This document shows positions 51,201-63,243 of a stretch of 64,000 bases of DNA, in pieces. The notes under the pieces are model-generated. The model worked only from the letters and a program-made list of their open reading frames with translations, was not told where the DNA came from and made no database searches. The translations under genes and the position numbers were made by a program. The stretch comes from Eledone cirrhosa (lineage: Eukaryota): assembly GCA_964016885.1 (NCBI GenBank), contig OZ024744.1, positions 8,246,001 through 8,310,000 of the forward strand. Direction: 5' to 3'. Each line of letters starts with the position of its first letter. Position 1 is the first letter of the stretch.

Positions 51201-54041
51201 TAGACGAGGACCCGGCTACTGGAAGCTAAACGTGTCTTTACCAGCGTGCAAGGCCTACAGAGACCGGATTAGCGAACTAGTTAAGCGGGCGTTGACGGGG
51301 GCCATCGTCAACAACAAATGGTGGTTTGCTCTGAAAAGAGCGATTAGAATAGAGTCCATTAGGTTTAGTAAGACATTAGCAATAGAGAAAAATAGAGCAG
51401 AGGGAGAATTAGTTAGAAAATTAAATGAGGCGCTTAGCAAAGGCATCGCGACCGACGTACTTGCGGCGAAATTGGCCCTTGACCAATTCTTCAATGCAAA
51501 GCACGAAGGCTGCGTTGTCAGAGCTAGGGTGCGTGCACTCAGACACAAGGGGACGAAAGCCGTTCAATGGGCCCGAGTGGCGGAGGCGCGTCGTGGCAAC
51601 AAAGCCACGATCCGGTCTTTGGTGGTCCACGACGGGCGCATGCTACTCGATCCCGGGCAAAAGTGTGAAGCTTTTCAACGACACTTCGCTCAACTGTTCG
51701 AGGGCAGTGGCGGGCCGGATCGAGGGATGGACTTTAGTGTCTCCCTCGACGGACTGCCGCAGCTCTCGGCCACTGAGGCGGAGTATTGTGAAAAGCCGAT
51801 AACAGCCGCTGAAGTACGCGGCAGACGTCTACTGCAACTGGCAACAGAACGGGAGAATTTCCCAGTTCTGTGAGCCGAGGAGCTGTGGAGCTGCTGAGAA
51901 AGGATCCGAACAAGGGGGATAACACAGATAATTTCAGGCCCATAACTCTGCTAAACACAGAGTTCAAGATTTTGGCCAAGGTGCTAGCAAAGAGGTTGGC
52001 GCTTGTCGTTGGTGGTATGGTGGGAGAGGCAGAGACATGCGCCATTCGGGACAGATCCATCCACGACAACCTCAACCTCATGCGATACATCGTAGAGAGG
52101 GTACCTAGGGAACATGGCACGGGTGGTTCCTTGATCAATTTAGATCAGTCGAAAGCTTTCGATAGGGTCGACCATCGTTACCTAGCGGCAGTCCTGAGGG
52201 CGGCTGGCTTTGGGCCCGTCTTCAGAGGCTGGATCCCTGCCATGCACAGCAACATCTGCTCTGTGGTGAGAGTGAACGGTCACCTTTCGGAACCGTTCAA
52301 CATCATGCGCTCGGTCCGCCAAGGATGTCCCCTCTCGTCCCTATTGTACGTAATGACACTCGAGCCATTACTGCACAAACTGGAGACGTTGAGGGGGGTC
52401 CCGCGCGAACTAGGATGCGGAAGATCCGTGTCAGCATGTGCGAACGATGTCACCGTAGTGGTGTCGAACGCCAAACACATCGAGCCGATCGGCACTACAC
52501 TAAGAGAATACGAAGCGGTGACAGGAGCAAAGATCAACCAGGAAAAGTCAGTGGGCCTGCAGCTCGGCACCTGGAGAGGCAGGTCCATGCCGTCCAACAT
52601 CGTAGTCGGGCGCTGGACGGACGGACCGGTTAAATTGCTAGGGGTCTGGTTCGGTCCGGACCTCCAGACGGACAAAAACTGGGACGAGGTGACGAGCAGG
52701 GTGGCTTCTCTCACCCAGAAATGGGCGGAGAGGAAGCTATCCCTGAAAGGTCGAGCGGAGTTGGCTAACGCGTACATCGCGTCCGTCATCTACTACCGCC
52801 TGACCGTCGTACCTTGTCCTAAGCCCCGCCTGACTGCGCTGGACCGTTTGCTCTTTCGCTTTTTGTGAAAGGGACGCGCTCCGATGGTCATGCGGTCCAT
52901 CTGCTGTCAACACCCGCTACGTGGAGGGCTGGGCATGTCGTGGCTGATGATGCGCAGACACGCGCTCAGGCTACGACATCTCCACCTCTTCCTCGACGGT
53001 GATCAGGTGTGGTCGCCGTTTGCTAGACGCGTCTTTCCCCAGCTCGTCTCCTTGACGGAACTGCAGTCCTGGGTCAAGCGAAGACCGAGAGGGAGGGCTT
53101 TTAGACTGGAATGTCTTCAGCGCTCACAGCCTGTGATCGGTTGAAACTCCACCTTGGCGTTCTATAGAGGATTAGTGGAGGGGAAGAACGACGACGTACT
53201 TGGAGAAACTCTAGGCGTCGACGAAAATCAACTAGCCAATCTCTTCGGAAGAACTTTCGGGCCGGGGCCTATGGACAACTTCCAGAAATCCCTAGCCTGG
53301 CAGTGCTACCGAGGAGCTTTGCCAGTTCGGGATAAACTCTACAGGCATGGAGGTGCCGTCAGCCGGGCATGTCCGAGATGCGCGCAGGGCGACGAAACCG
53401 TCCTGCACGCACTCGTCCAGTGTCCGAGCATTGCTGACTTGGGGGTTTATGTCGAACAGCTGCTGTCGCGTGTAGGACGGATCCGGCTATCATCTGAGTC
53501 CATCGTGAGGATTGCCCCGCCCTCTTCCTTTAGCCGGGAAGGGCAGGAAGTTTTTATCTGTCTGGTCGCCATGGCGAAATAGATAGTATGGTGGACACGT
53601 TTGAAAGGGCTGAAGACGAGCACTTACCTCTTCGGTGATGCTCTGATTAACTTTTTCAAATTTCATTTGAAAAGGAAAATCAGGGTAGAGAGGGGAGTGC
53701 TCTCTTCCCAGCATTTTGTTGAAAGATGGGTGAGAGAAGCAAGAATGGCCCGAGTGAATGTGCCTACTCTGAGCATGTGTCTGTAAATTAAAGGTGGTAA
53801 ACTGGGAGAGGGCACTTGACCTGGTGGTCAAGGTCACTGTGACTTTTTAATGGGCTTTCTCCACGAATGTCCCTCGGAAGTCTCCCCCCTATTGGGGAAT
53901 TTTTTCATTGTTCTATTATTACATCCTCTGTTTCTTGTTTTTTTACACGCAGAAATGCCCATTTGTACCGCCCTGTATTGTCCTGTACTGTCCTTAATGT
54001 CTACTTTATGTAAACCCTTGTGGTTAATAAGGAAATCATTA

Positions 54042-54095
<54 letters not shown>
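48288..54095 (+). mobile_element. Tx1-clade copy F, essentially full length, flanked by (ATT)n on both sides
   Basis: (ATT)11 at 48255-48287; ORF1 from ATG 48501 to ~50437 (CVVCGEGTHLRAFC); ORF2 ~50472-53786; 3' end CCCTTGTGGTTAATAAGGAAATC + (ATT)n. Confidence 0.95.
50472..53786 (+). pseudogene. ORF2 (APE-RT-CCHC) of copy F
   Basis: ORFs 50575-51873, 51870-52868, 52884-53144, 53154-53582 and 53601-53786; start codon reads ATC, catalytic motif reads CAND. Confidence 0.92.
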
Positions 54096-54200
54096 GTTGT
54101 AGTTGTTGTTGTTGTTGTCTTTGTTGTTCTTGCTGTTGTTGCTGTTGTTGTTGCTGTTGTTTTTGTTGTTGTTGCTGATTTTGTTGCTGTTGTTGTTGTT
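54096..54200. repeat. (GTT)n tract continuing the ATT tail
   Basis: Direct. Confidence 0.9.
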
Positions 54201-54292
54201 TTTATGATTACAATATGCTTAGTACTACACCTCTAAACTTACTGGAAACTACGCATCGAGTGTTCACTCTGGTCAACCTACATATATATAGA

Positions 54293-54611
<319 letters not shown>

Positions 54612-54865
54612 TGTATATATAACGTCAAAGTTGTCTATGTATATAATTTAAAATGTTGTTGTTTTTAAGTATATCTGTCGGAATGTTCGGAATTTGAATT
54701 TAGGTTTGTTTTCAATATCTTATTAAATTTTGCTACATTTTATTTCTATTATAATTCGCTTATAATACCGACATAGTTAGATTTCTAATGAGATTTTAAG
54801 ATAAACTTGGGTGGCAAAAATCTAAAGATTATGGAACATACGAGTAATGATCTATGTATCAAATA

Positions 54866-55055
54866 TAATTGTTTCTACTTTTGGCACAAGGCCAGCAAAT
54901 ACCCAGTACATTACTGGTACTTTATTTTATCGACCCCGTAAGGATAAAAGGCAAAGTTAACCTCGACGGGATTTGAACTCAAACCGTAAAGGGACGTAAC
55001 TATGCTAGGAAGCATGGCGTCCAACCCTCTACTGATACTGCCAATTCACCGCCCT
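54866..55055 (-). mobile_element. Full-length SINE with a 16-bp TSD
   Basis: TSD TATGTATCAAATATAA at 54853-54868 and 55071-55086; head reads TAGGGCGGTGAATTGGCAGTATC. Confidence 0.93.
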
Positions 55056-56424
55056 ATCGAATATACACCGTATGTATCAAATATAAAGAGCTTTGATTTA
55101 TGTTCGGCAAATTTAACTGATACAGAGATTTATTTTATTTTCATTATAGTAATTATACTAAAAAGTATACATTTACTCATTTTTCTTTTTACGATTATTA
55201 GAACTAAGTATTTACAACACGGTTTTGCAACTAAGATTTGGAATGGTTTGCAAGAAGTTCAATTTACACAACATTTTTGTCTACTGAACAACATTAGTTA
55301 AACGGTTTCATCATCCTTGTGACTGAAAATAAACTGGCGATACACTATTCCTAAATTCAGTTATTATAATAGAACGGAGCACGCTAAGAAATATATTATA
55401 TTGTATTTGAGGTCATTACGCTTTTCAGAAACAATATTTTTCTAATTTATTTAATCAAACTATTCAGAAATACTGGTTACCTAACGCCACGTATGTGTAG
55501 AGGTTTTGAGGTTACACGTCTTTATTAAACGGTGCTGTTCTATTAGATAGACCTCATACTGAGAAATTATAGAAATATCAATGTTTTTACATCCAGTTTG
55601 TAAATGATGTTACCTGCTGACCCACACTCAGATTTAACGACATTTCTGCACCATACTTGACAAGATTTGAATTATTCTCAAATGCTTTACTTAACTGAAA
55701 TAATAGAATATAAACTATAATTTATTTCCATTTTTCACAATCACACCATTGTCAATTTTGTCCTTCTTCCTTTGAGGAATCAATAAAAAGTCACGTAAGT
55801 AACTTTAAATTACACCTGACATGGAACAAATGCTGATAGCTCCAATTCGACAATGTAATGTCCAACCAACTTGTTCGTTTATATATACTATTACTTTCAG
55901 AAATATATTCTTTCCCACCATATTAGGTGCAGCGTTTCGTTTCTTTCTGACAAAACCACTTTATAACGTTTCGCAATTTATTTCTATTAAATTTGAACCC
56001 TGTATGCCTGGCACACAAAAACCTGAAAAAAACAAAAAAAACAAACGAAAGCAAGAAGAGTTTTAGAAGGATTTAGCCACATGGGCATAGTGATGAAATT
56101 CATGCTGATTATGGTGTTATGACAGGCAGGGATACGGCGAACTTATTGGTAACATTGTATCGTAAGTTTAATGTATCATAGAAAGTCATTCATTTAACGA
56201 TCGATACTGTATTTCACTTAAAGGGATTCTTGGAAGAAGAAAAAACACTTCCATATATTCATGGCAGCTGATTAAGCTTATTATCGTTTTAGACACGTTT
56301 AACATTGCTTAACCATCATAATCCTTGCTTGGGAATGACTTGAAGCTTGGCACCTGCACTAGCTATGAACACTTCCATGGTGTTGAAATTATATCGCCAT
56401 CAGACGTGACATGTGTATATATAA

Positions 56425-56425
<1 letters not shown>

Positions 56426-56490
<65 letters not shown>
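56426..56490. repeat. (CA)n microsatellite
   Basis: Direct. Confidence 0.95.
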
Positions 56491-56495
<5 letters not shown>

Positions 56496-57082
56496 TAAAT
56501 GTGTATATATGTACATAAATACAAACACACAACTCACACCTATAAACGTGTGTGTGTGTGCAAAGATTCTTGCACAAATAAAAACAGCAGTGGTTCCAGA
56601 CATGTATTACTATGATTCTGTACATGTTTACTGCAAGTTAGATGAAGAGATGACGTGTTATGATAGTTCTGTGATTTCCAACGTAAAAAATGAGGCAGTA
56701 TCGTTGATATGACATGTAGCAAAAACTTGTAGGCTGATTGCTTGGTGCGATGCGCTATTCTGAAAGCCCGATCAAGGATATATTTGTATTTTCGCATTAC
56801 AAGCAGTGCTGAGAGGAAACGTGCCTCAAACGCATCAGGTTTCGATCATAAATAGCAGATAACATGAAACTGAATGGCACGATAATAAGGGAGATATGTT
56901 TTGTTACAAATTCACTACATACAATGAAACCGTACCCAAGAAATGGGTACATACATATATACATACATTCGTATATGCATACATACAAATACACATACAT
57001 ATATACATATATCTGTACATATATACATACATATATATATGCATACATACAAACATACATACATATATACATATATGCATAC

Positions 57083-57287
57083 ATGATGGCTGCCCCCCTC
57101 GTCATCGAGTATGGCCATTGCACGATATAACATTATTAATAATTGTTAATTAATTCTATCGTGCAATGCCTGTACGTGAAGATCTTTTTTAAAGTGAGGA
57201 AAGACTGTGCACTGAGCCAATCCCACTCTCTGAGCGACAGTAGCTGTAACCCGAAAAGAAGAAAAGATCAATATCATCGGTAACTAC
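57083..57287 (-). mobile_element. Bipartite non-autonomous RTE derivative (5'UTR part + 3' end)
   Basis: 57157-57287 is the reverse complement of 58748-58877; 57083-57125 is the reverse complement of 62893-62935. Confidence 0.8.
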
Positions 57288-57703
57288 GTATATATATGTA
57301 TGTACGTATGTATGTATATATGCATACTTATTTATATTTATATTTTACATTTTACATTTACTTACATCTCAATATAACATGGCTAAAATTCAAATTTTGC
57401 AAAGAGAAGAAAACGGACAAATGAACTAGATACATCTCACTGTCCCCACCACCACAATAGCGTCTACACTCTCTCCCCACCACCACATGTCATTATCCTA
57501 TCTAGACTAGAGTCATCGACCTGTTGTCAAACTCTCTACTCTCTGTTGAATGTGTGTATATATATATATATGTGTGTATATATATGTGTGTATATACATA
57601 ACTCAGTCAAACGACCAGATTTCAACCCCAACATCTACAACAACAACACCAGCACTAATGTTTACAGCAACAACAGCTTCAGAATGAACTGAAATGAACA
57701 TTT

Positions 57704-57742
<39 letters not shown>

Positions 57743-57894
57743 GTGGCATCAAAAGATTTAAAAAAAAAAAACCCTCAAAATAACAAAACACACACACACA
57801 CGCACACAACACAACAACAACATCAACTGCCACCACCACCACTACCGCCGCCGCCATCACCATCACCAGCGACCGGGCCGTAAGAAAACAACTT

Positions 57895-58044
57895 TAATAA
57901 TAATTTTTCTGCTTTTGGCACGGATCCAGCGACTGGCCCAGCGCATCACTGGTACTCTCTTTTGTTGACTCCGTGGGGATGAAAGGCAAGGTTGACCTCG
58001 GCGGGATTTGAGCTCAGAGCGTGGAGGGTCGTGACTCTATGCTG
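57895..58044 (-). mobile_element. 5'-truncated, hypermutated SINE copy
   Basis: Colinear with the 54866 copy but with many A>G changes on the plus strand. Confidence 0.88.
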
Positions 58045-58152
58045 TAACGCAATTATAATAATACTGGACTGTAATACGATCGGCTTCAACTATACAAACT
58101 CTTGAAAGTGAATAGTTGACATAATCTTGTAATCTTGTATCAGTAATGACGG

Positions 58153-58155
<3 letters not shown>

Positions 58156-58236
<81 letters not shown>

Positions 58237-58404
58237 AGAACAGAAGATGGTTAAAGGAGTTCCATGTATTTTATTATGCGCATTTCAAAAACAAACATCA
58301 TCATGCAATAATATTTGTGTTTTCATCAGATAAAACAGGACATGATATGAAGGCTAAAAAACACTTGTGGATAGTGCAGTTTTAAATCAACATATCTCAC
58401 CTCC

Positions 58405-58474
<70 letters not shown>

Positions 58475-58530
58475 AGTGAGTAGAGTAGCGTGTGTGTGTT
58501 TGTTTGTATGTATGAGTGTTGCTGTGTGCG
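58156..58530. repeat. (TA)n and (TG)n microsatellites (58156-58230, 58408-58530)
   Basis: Direct. Confidence 0.9.
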
Positions 58531-58898
58531 CGCATATGTATGCGCGTGTGTGTATGTCGTACGTATAAGTGTCAATAAGAGATTTTTTTTTTTTTTTTGC
58601 GCGGGGACATAGAAATAATCGGGCTGGATGCCCGATCGCGCAGTTAAACCACTGGGAGTGAAGAACCCCTAGCCCTTGTCAGGGCATTCTTCTAGGAGAA
58701 GGCATCTCAGGAAACTGGGTTAACTCCGATATAAAACCTGCGGCCCAGTAGTTACCGATGATGTTGATCTTTTCTTCTTTTCGGGTTATAGCTACTGTCG
58801 CTCAGAGAGTGGGATTGGCTCAGTGCACAGTCTTTCCTCACTTTAAAAATATTCGTCACGCACAGGTATTGCACGAGTGCATTAATAATTATTAATAG

Positions 58899-59024
58899 TG
58901 TACTATTCTCCTACATGTCGGCCCTTGTGGCTAATAAATGAAATCATTTGCACTGGGATAATTGCTGGCCTTGTGCCTAAAGTAGAAACAATTATTATTA
59001 TTATTATTATTACTATTATTATTA
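58899..59024 (+). mobile_element. Tx1 3'-end fragment (58899-58948) followed directly by a SINE 3'-end fragment (58949-59024)
   Basis: TGTCGGCCCTTGTGGCTAATAAATGAAATCATT, then GCACTGGGATAATTGCTGGCCTTGTGCCTAAAGTAGAAACA(ATT)n. Confidence 0.88.
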
Positions 59025-59056
59025 CTTTTTTTTTTCTTTTTTTTGTTTCCAATTCA

Positions 59057-62000
59057 ATGATGTTCCAGAACAATATAAAAGAGATAATTGGCAATTTAGG
59101 TTCTGGAACAAAAAAGATCATTGGCAATAAGGGCAGGGGTCCCAGGTTATCACAGCATGGGCCCGCTCGTCATCGTGCCATTGTAATAGAGCCAAACAAG
59201 GCATTTAGTCTTGGCTGCTGGAACGTACGGACGCTACTTGACAGGGATTCCTTGGAGCGTCCTGAACGAAGGACCGCTCTTGTTGCAAAGGAGCTTCGAC
59301 TTTACGATCTTGACATCGTGGCTTTATCTGAGACGAGGTTAGCTGGAGATGGTCATCTTACGGAATTTTGTGGAGAATATACATTCTTCTGGAAAGGAAG
59401 AGATGAAGGAACCAGAAGAGAGGCTGGGGTAGGATTTGCTGTTAAGACTGTACTTGTGAACAAATTAGAAGAATTCCCAGTAGGGATTAGTGAGCCACTT
59501 ATGTCCATGAGAGTTCCGCTGGACAAGGGAAGATATGCTACCCTGGTGAGTGTGTATGCTCCAACTATGAGTTCTGTCGATGAGGAAAAGGTCTCCTTTT
59601 ACCATGCATTGAAAGGTGTTTTAAGAAATATCCCTCAGGCAGACAAAGTCATCGTGCTTGGTGACTTTAATGCTAGAGTGGGTAGGGATTTTAACACATG
59701 GATTGTAATCGGAAGGCATGGGGTGGGAAAGTGTAACAGCAATGGTATGCTCCTGCTGCAGATGTGTGAGTAGCTGGATCTGTGTGTTACCAACACCATG
59801 TTTCAACAAAAGAACAAATTCAAGACCACATGGATGCATCCTGCATCTAAGGAATGGCATATTTTGGACTACGTCCTAGTCAGGATGCGTGACAGACAGG
59901 ATGTGCAGTGTGTTCGTGTTCTTCGTGGAGCTGAGTGCTGGACGGACCACCGCCTGGTACGCGCAAAAGTGAAACTAATCACTAAACGTAAAATCCGGGC
60001 TCCTGGTGTTGCCCTGCCCAAAAGATTGAATGCTGCTCGTCTTAAGGATAAAAATGTGAAGAGGACATTGGAAGAAGAGATGCAGGCTGCAGATCTTGGT
60101 GAGGATTGGCCGACCCTTAAAAAGTCGGTTTATGATGTAGGCAGGCGTGTTCTGGGATTGGCACAGAGGAAACATCAGGACTGGTTTGATGAGAATGATG
60201 TACATATAGAAGACTTGTTGGCTGATAAGAGGCGTGCTCTGTCACGCTACTTGACGGTAAAACCACAGGAGAGGAATACGTTGCATGAGGAACTCAGGGA
60301 TGTAAAATCACGTGTTAGGCGGAGTCTTTCTCAGATGAAGGATCAGTGGTGGAGTGAGAAGGCTGGTGAGATACAAACTGCGTCTGATTCCAATAACACA
60401 AAGCTGTTGTACAGTCTCTTGCGTGAGGTTTATGGACCGTCTTCTTCTCTGGTGACACCGCTTCGCAGCAAGGATGGCAAAGAACTTCTTCGTGACTCAC
60501 AGGGAATTCTACGAAGGTGGCGAGAGCACTTTGATGATCTTTTGAATCAGCCGTCTGTCGTCAGTGAAGATTTCCTCAATCTCATTCCAGAAAGTCCTGT
60601 GAAAGTAGCTCTCGCAGAACCCCCGACGCTTGTGGAGGTTGCAGTGGCTATTTCGAAGCTGAACAGTGGAAGATCTCCAGGTATGGATGGCATACATGCT
60701 GAGCTCCTACAATATGGTGGTGAGAGACTCCTGCAACATCTTCACTCTTTGTTTGGCAGGATATGGGCTAATGAATCCGTACCTGAGGACTGGAGAGATG
60801 CAGTAATGGTGGTTTTGTACAAGGGAAAGGGTAACAGGAACGATTGTGGGAACTACAGAGGTATATCATTGCTTTCTGTCGCAGGGAAAGTTTTATGTAG
60901 GGTCCTTCTGGACCGTCTGCTGACACACATTGCAGATTGTGTTCTTCCTGAAAGTCAATCTGGTTTTCGTGCTGGACGCGGCACTACTGATATGATCTTC
61001 TCAGCTAGACAGCTCCAGGAGAAGTGCATGGAACAAGGCTTGGATCTGTATCAGTTTTTTGTCGATCTGACAAAAGCTTTCGATACTGTTAACAGAGATG
61101 CATTATGAAAGGTTCTCCAGAAACTTGGTTGCCCTGATAAGTTCCTTGCTTTAGTTAGGTCTTTCCATGACGACATGAAGGCTTGGCTTAATGTCGGGGG
61201 TAACATGTCGGAGCCTATCTCAGTAAAAAATGGAGTGAAACAGGGGGATATTCCAGCACCAACCGTGTTTGCCATATACTTTGCAATGGTTTTCTGTATT
61301 GCATTCAGGAATTGCGAGCATGGTGTTTACATCCGATATCGAACCTCAGGCAGCATATTTAACATCAGGCGCTTTGCTGCGAAGACAAAAGTATTTACAT
61401 CAATTATAAGAGACCTCTTGTATGCAGATGATTGCGATCTTGTAGCGCACACAGAGAGTGATATGCAGCACATTTTGAATGCATTTTCTGACGCTTGCAC
61501 TGCCCTAGGCCTGACTGTCATTCTCAAGAAAACCGTCGTCATGTACCAACCTGCCCCTGGTAAGCAGTACACTGAACCAAACATCTATGTGTATGGCAAA
61601 TGACTTGGAGTGGTTGATCAGTTTGTCTACCTGGGAAGCACTGTCAATCGATACAGCAACCTTGATAGTGAAATTTCACTTAGGATTAGGAAAGCAAGTG
61701 ATGCTTTCGGAAAGCTAAAAAGGCGACTCTGGGGTCGGCGAGACATATGCAGGAGGACAAAGGTAAAGGTATACAGGGAATGTGTGCTCTCTTGTCTTCT
61801 TTATGCCTGCGAGACCTGGGTCACATATCGACACCACCTTAAGCAATTGGAGCGTTTCCATCAGATGTGTCTCAGACGGATCCATGGCGTTCACTGGAGG
61901 GACCACATCAGTGATGTCGTGATTTTGGAAAGCTCTCTGTGTGACAGTATAGAAGCTCTTGTGCTTAAGCAACGACTCCGTTGGAGTGGTCACCTTGCCA

Positions 62001-62602
62001 GGATGAAGGATTCTAGAATACCAAAACAACTCTTTTAGGGAGAGTTGGTTAAAGGAAAACGACCGCCACATAAACCAAAAAAGAGGTATAAGGATTCCTT
62101 GAAAGCCTCTCTGAGAGACGCTAACATCTCTGCTGATACATGGGAGAATATTGCTGTTGATCGTAATAAATGGAGAAAGACTGTATATGAGGGAAAAGTT
62201 GCCTATGAGGCATCTCGAATCGCATACGAGAAAGTAAAGCGGGATGTGAGGAAGGGCATTGCTGTTGCACTTCCAGACGGCGATGGTCCTCCTATGGTGC
62301 TGACATGCAGTGTATGTGCAAGACTCTGCCTAAGCAAAGCTGGACTCGAAAGTCATCTTCGCAGTCATAAAGTAAGACCAGTGGTTGACTACCAGGCTGC
62401 TGTTGGAGATGTTACTCATCATGCTTGCCAAACATGTGATAGAGAGTGTAAATCAGCAGGAGGGCTCAAACGACATGTAAAAGTACACGAACTCCAACCA
62501 CAGCCGACTATTCCCAGTGAATGTTTTGGTTGCCGACTCTGTGCAAGACATTTTAGATCATTGGCTGGGCTAAAAAGCCACATTCGATCGCAGCGCTGTT
62601 AG
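59057..62602 (+). pseudogene. RTE ORF: APE endonuclease, RT and three C2H2 zinc fingers; four in-frame nonsense codons, no frameshift
   Basis: WNVRTL, ALSETR, VYAPT, LGDFNARVG, TDHRLV, NYRGISLLS, QSGFR, FVDLTKAFD, GVKQG, LYADD. All five ORF pieces share one frame (stops end at 59773, 61108, 61603, 62038). Confidence 0.95.
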
Positions 62603-62609
62603 TTGCTAT

Positions 62610-62750
62610 CGTGTGTGTGTGTGTGTGTGTAGATATATATGTATATGTATATTATTATTGTTGTTGTCGTTATTATTATTGTTGTTATTATTATTATTAT
62701 TATTATTATTGTTATTAATGTATGTGTGTATGTATATGTGTGTGTGAGTA

Positions 62751-62848
<98 letters not shown>

Positions 62849-62890
62849 TATATTTCTTTTTTTTTTTATTATTATTTTTTTTTTTATTTC
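62610..62890. repeat. Compound TG/ATT/TA/T microsatellite
   Basis: Direct. Confidence 0.92.
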
Positions 62891-63002
62891 TGCTCGTGCA
62901 ATGGCCATACTCGATAACGAGGGGACAGCCATCATATATGCATACATATATACATACATATGTACATACATATATACGTGCATACATATATCTATACATG
63001 CA

Positions 63003-63243
63003 TCTCTATCTATCTAAGGCGGGTAAAATTCCCGAGTTCCATGGACGAGTTCTCTCCAGCGGTCTCTGTCCCTCATTATCGCTGCCATATCCTGCATCTC
63101 CAACAGACCAGTGTCTGTCCTTAGGGCATCAACATACGTTAACCTTGGTCTTCCACTTCCAGTGTGTCCATGTAGGGGCTCCCACAGGAGCACTGAGTGC
63201 AATGTCAACTCTGGATGTCGGTGAGCATGTCCAGCTAACCTCA
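63003..63243 (-). mobile_element. 3' fragment of a second RTE-group LINE with a (TAGA)n tail
   Basis: VLLWEPLHG…GRPRLTYVDAL..DTGL…MRDRDRWR, typical of an RTE C-terminus. Confidence 0.75.

Larger units (their letters stand above)
58599..62935 (+). mobile_element. RTE/BovB-clade LINE, near full length
   Basis: Putative 5'UTR 58599-58890; single APE-RT frame; 3' end …GCAATGGCCATACTCGATAACGAGGGGACAGCCATCAT split from the ORF by a ~280-bp microsatellite. Confidence 0.88.

Noticed and set aside
20973-53837. Many antisense or alternate-frame ORFs overlapping the Tx1 copies
   Set aside because: Shadows of GC-rich ORF2 or (AAC)-rich ORF1; starts and stops are not conserved between copies.
55090-56950. 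Possible host exons in AT-rich unique sequence
   Set aside because: No recognisable protein motif or convincing splice-bounded frame by eye; a small exon cannot be excluded without RNA data.
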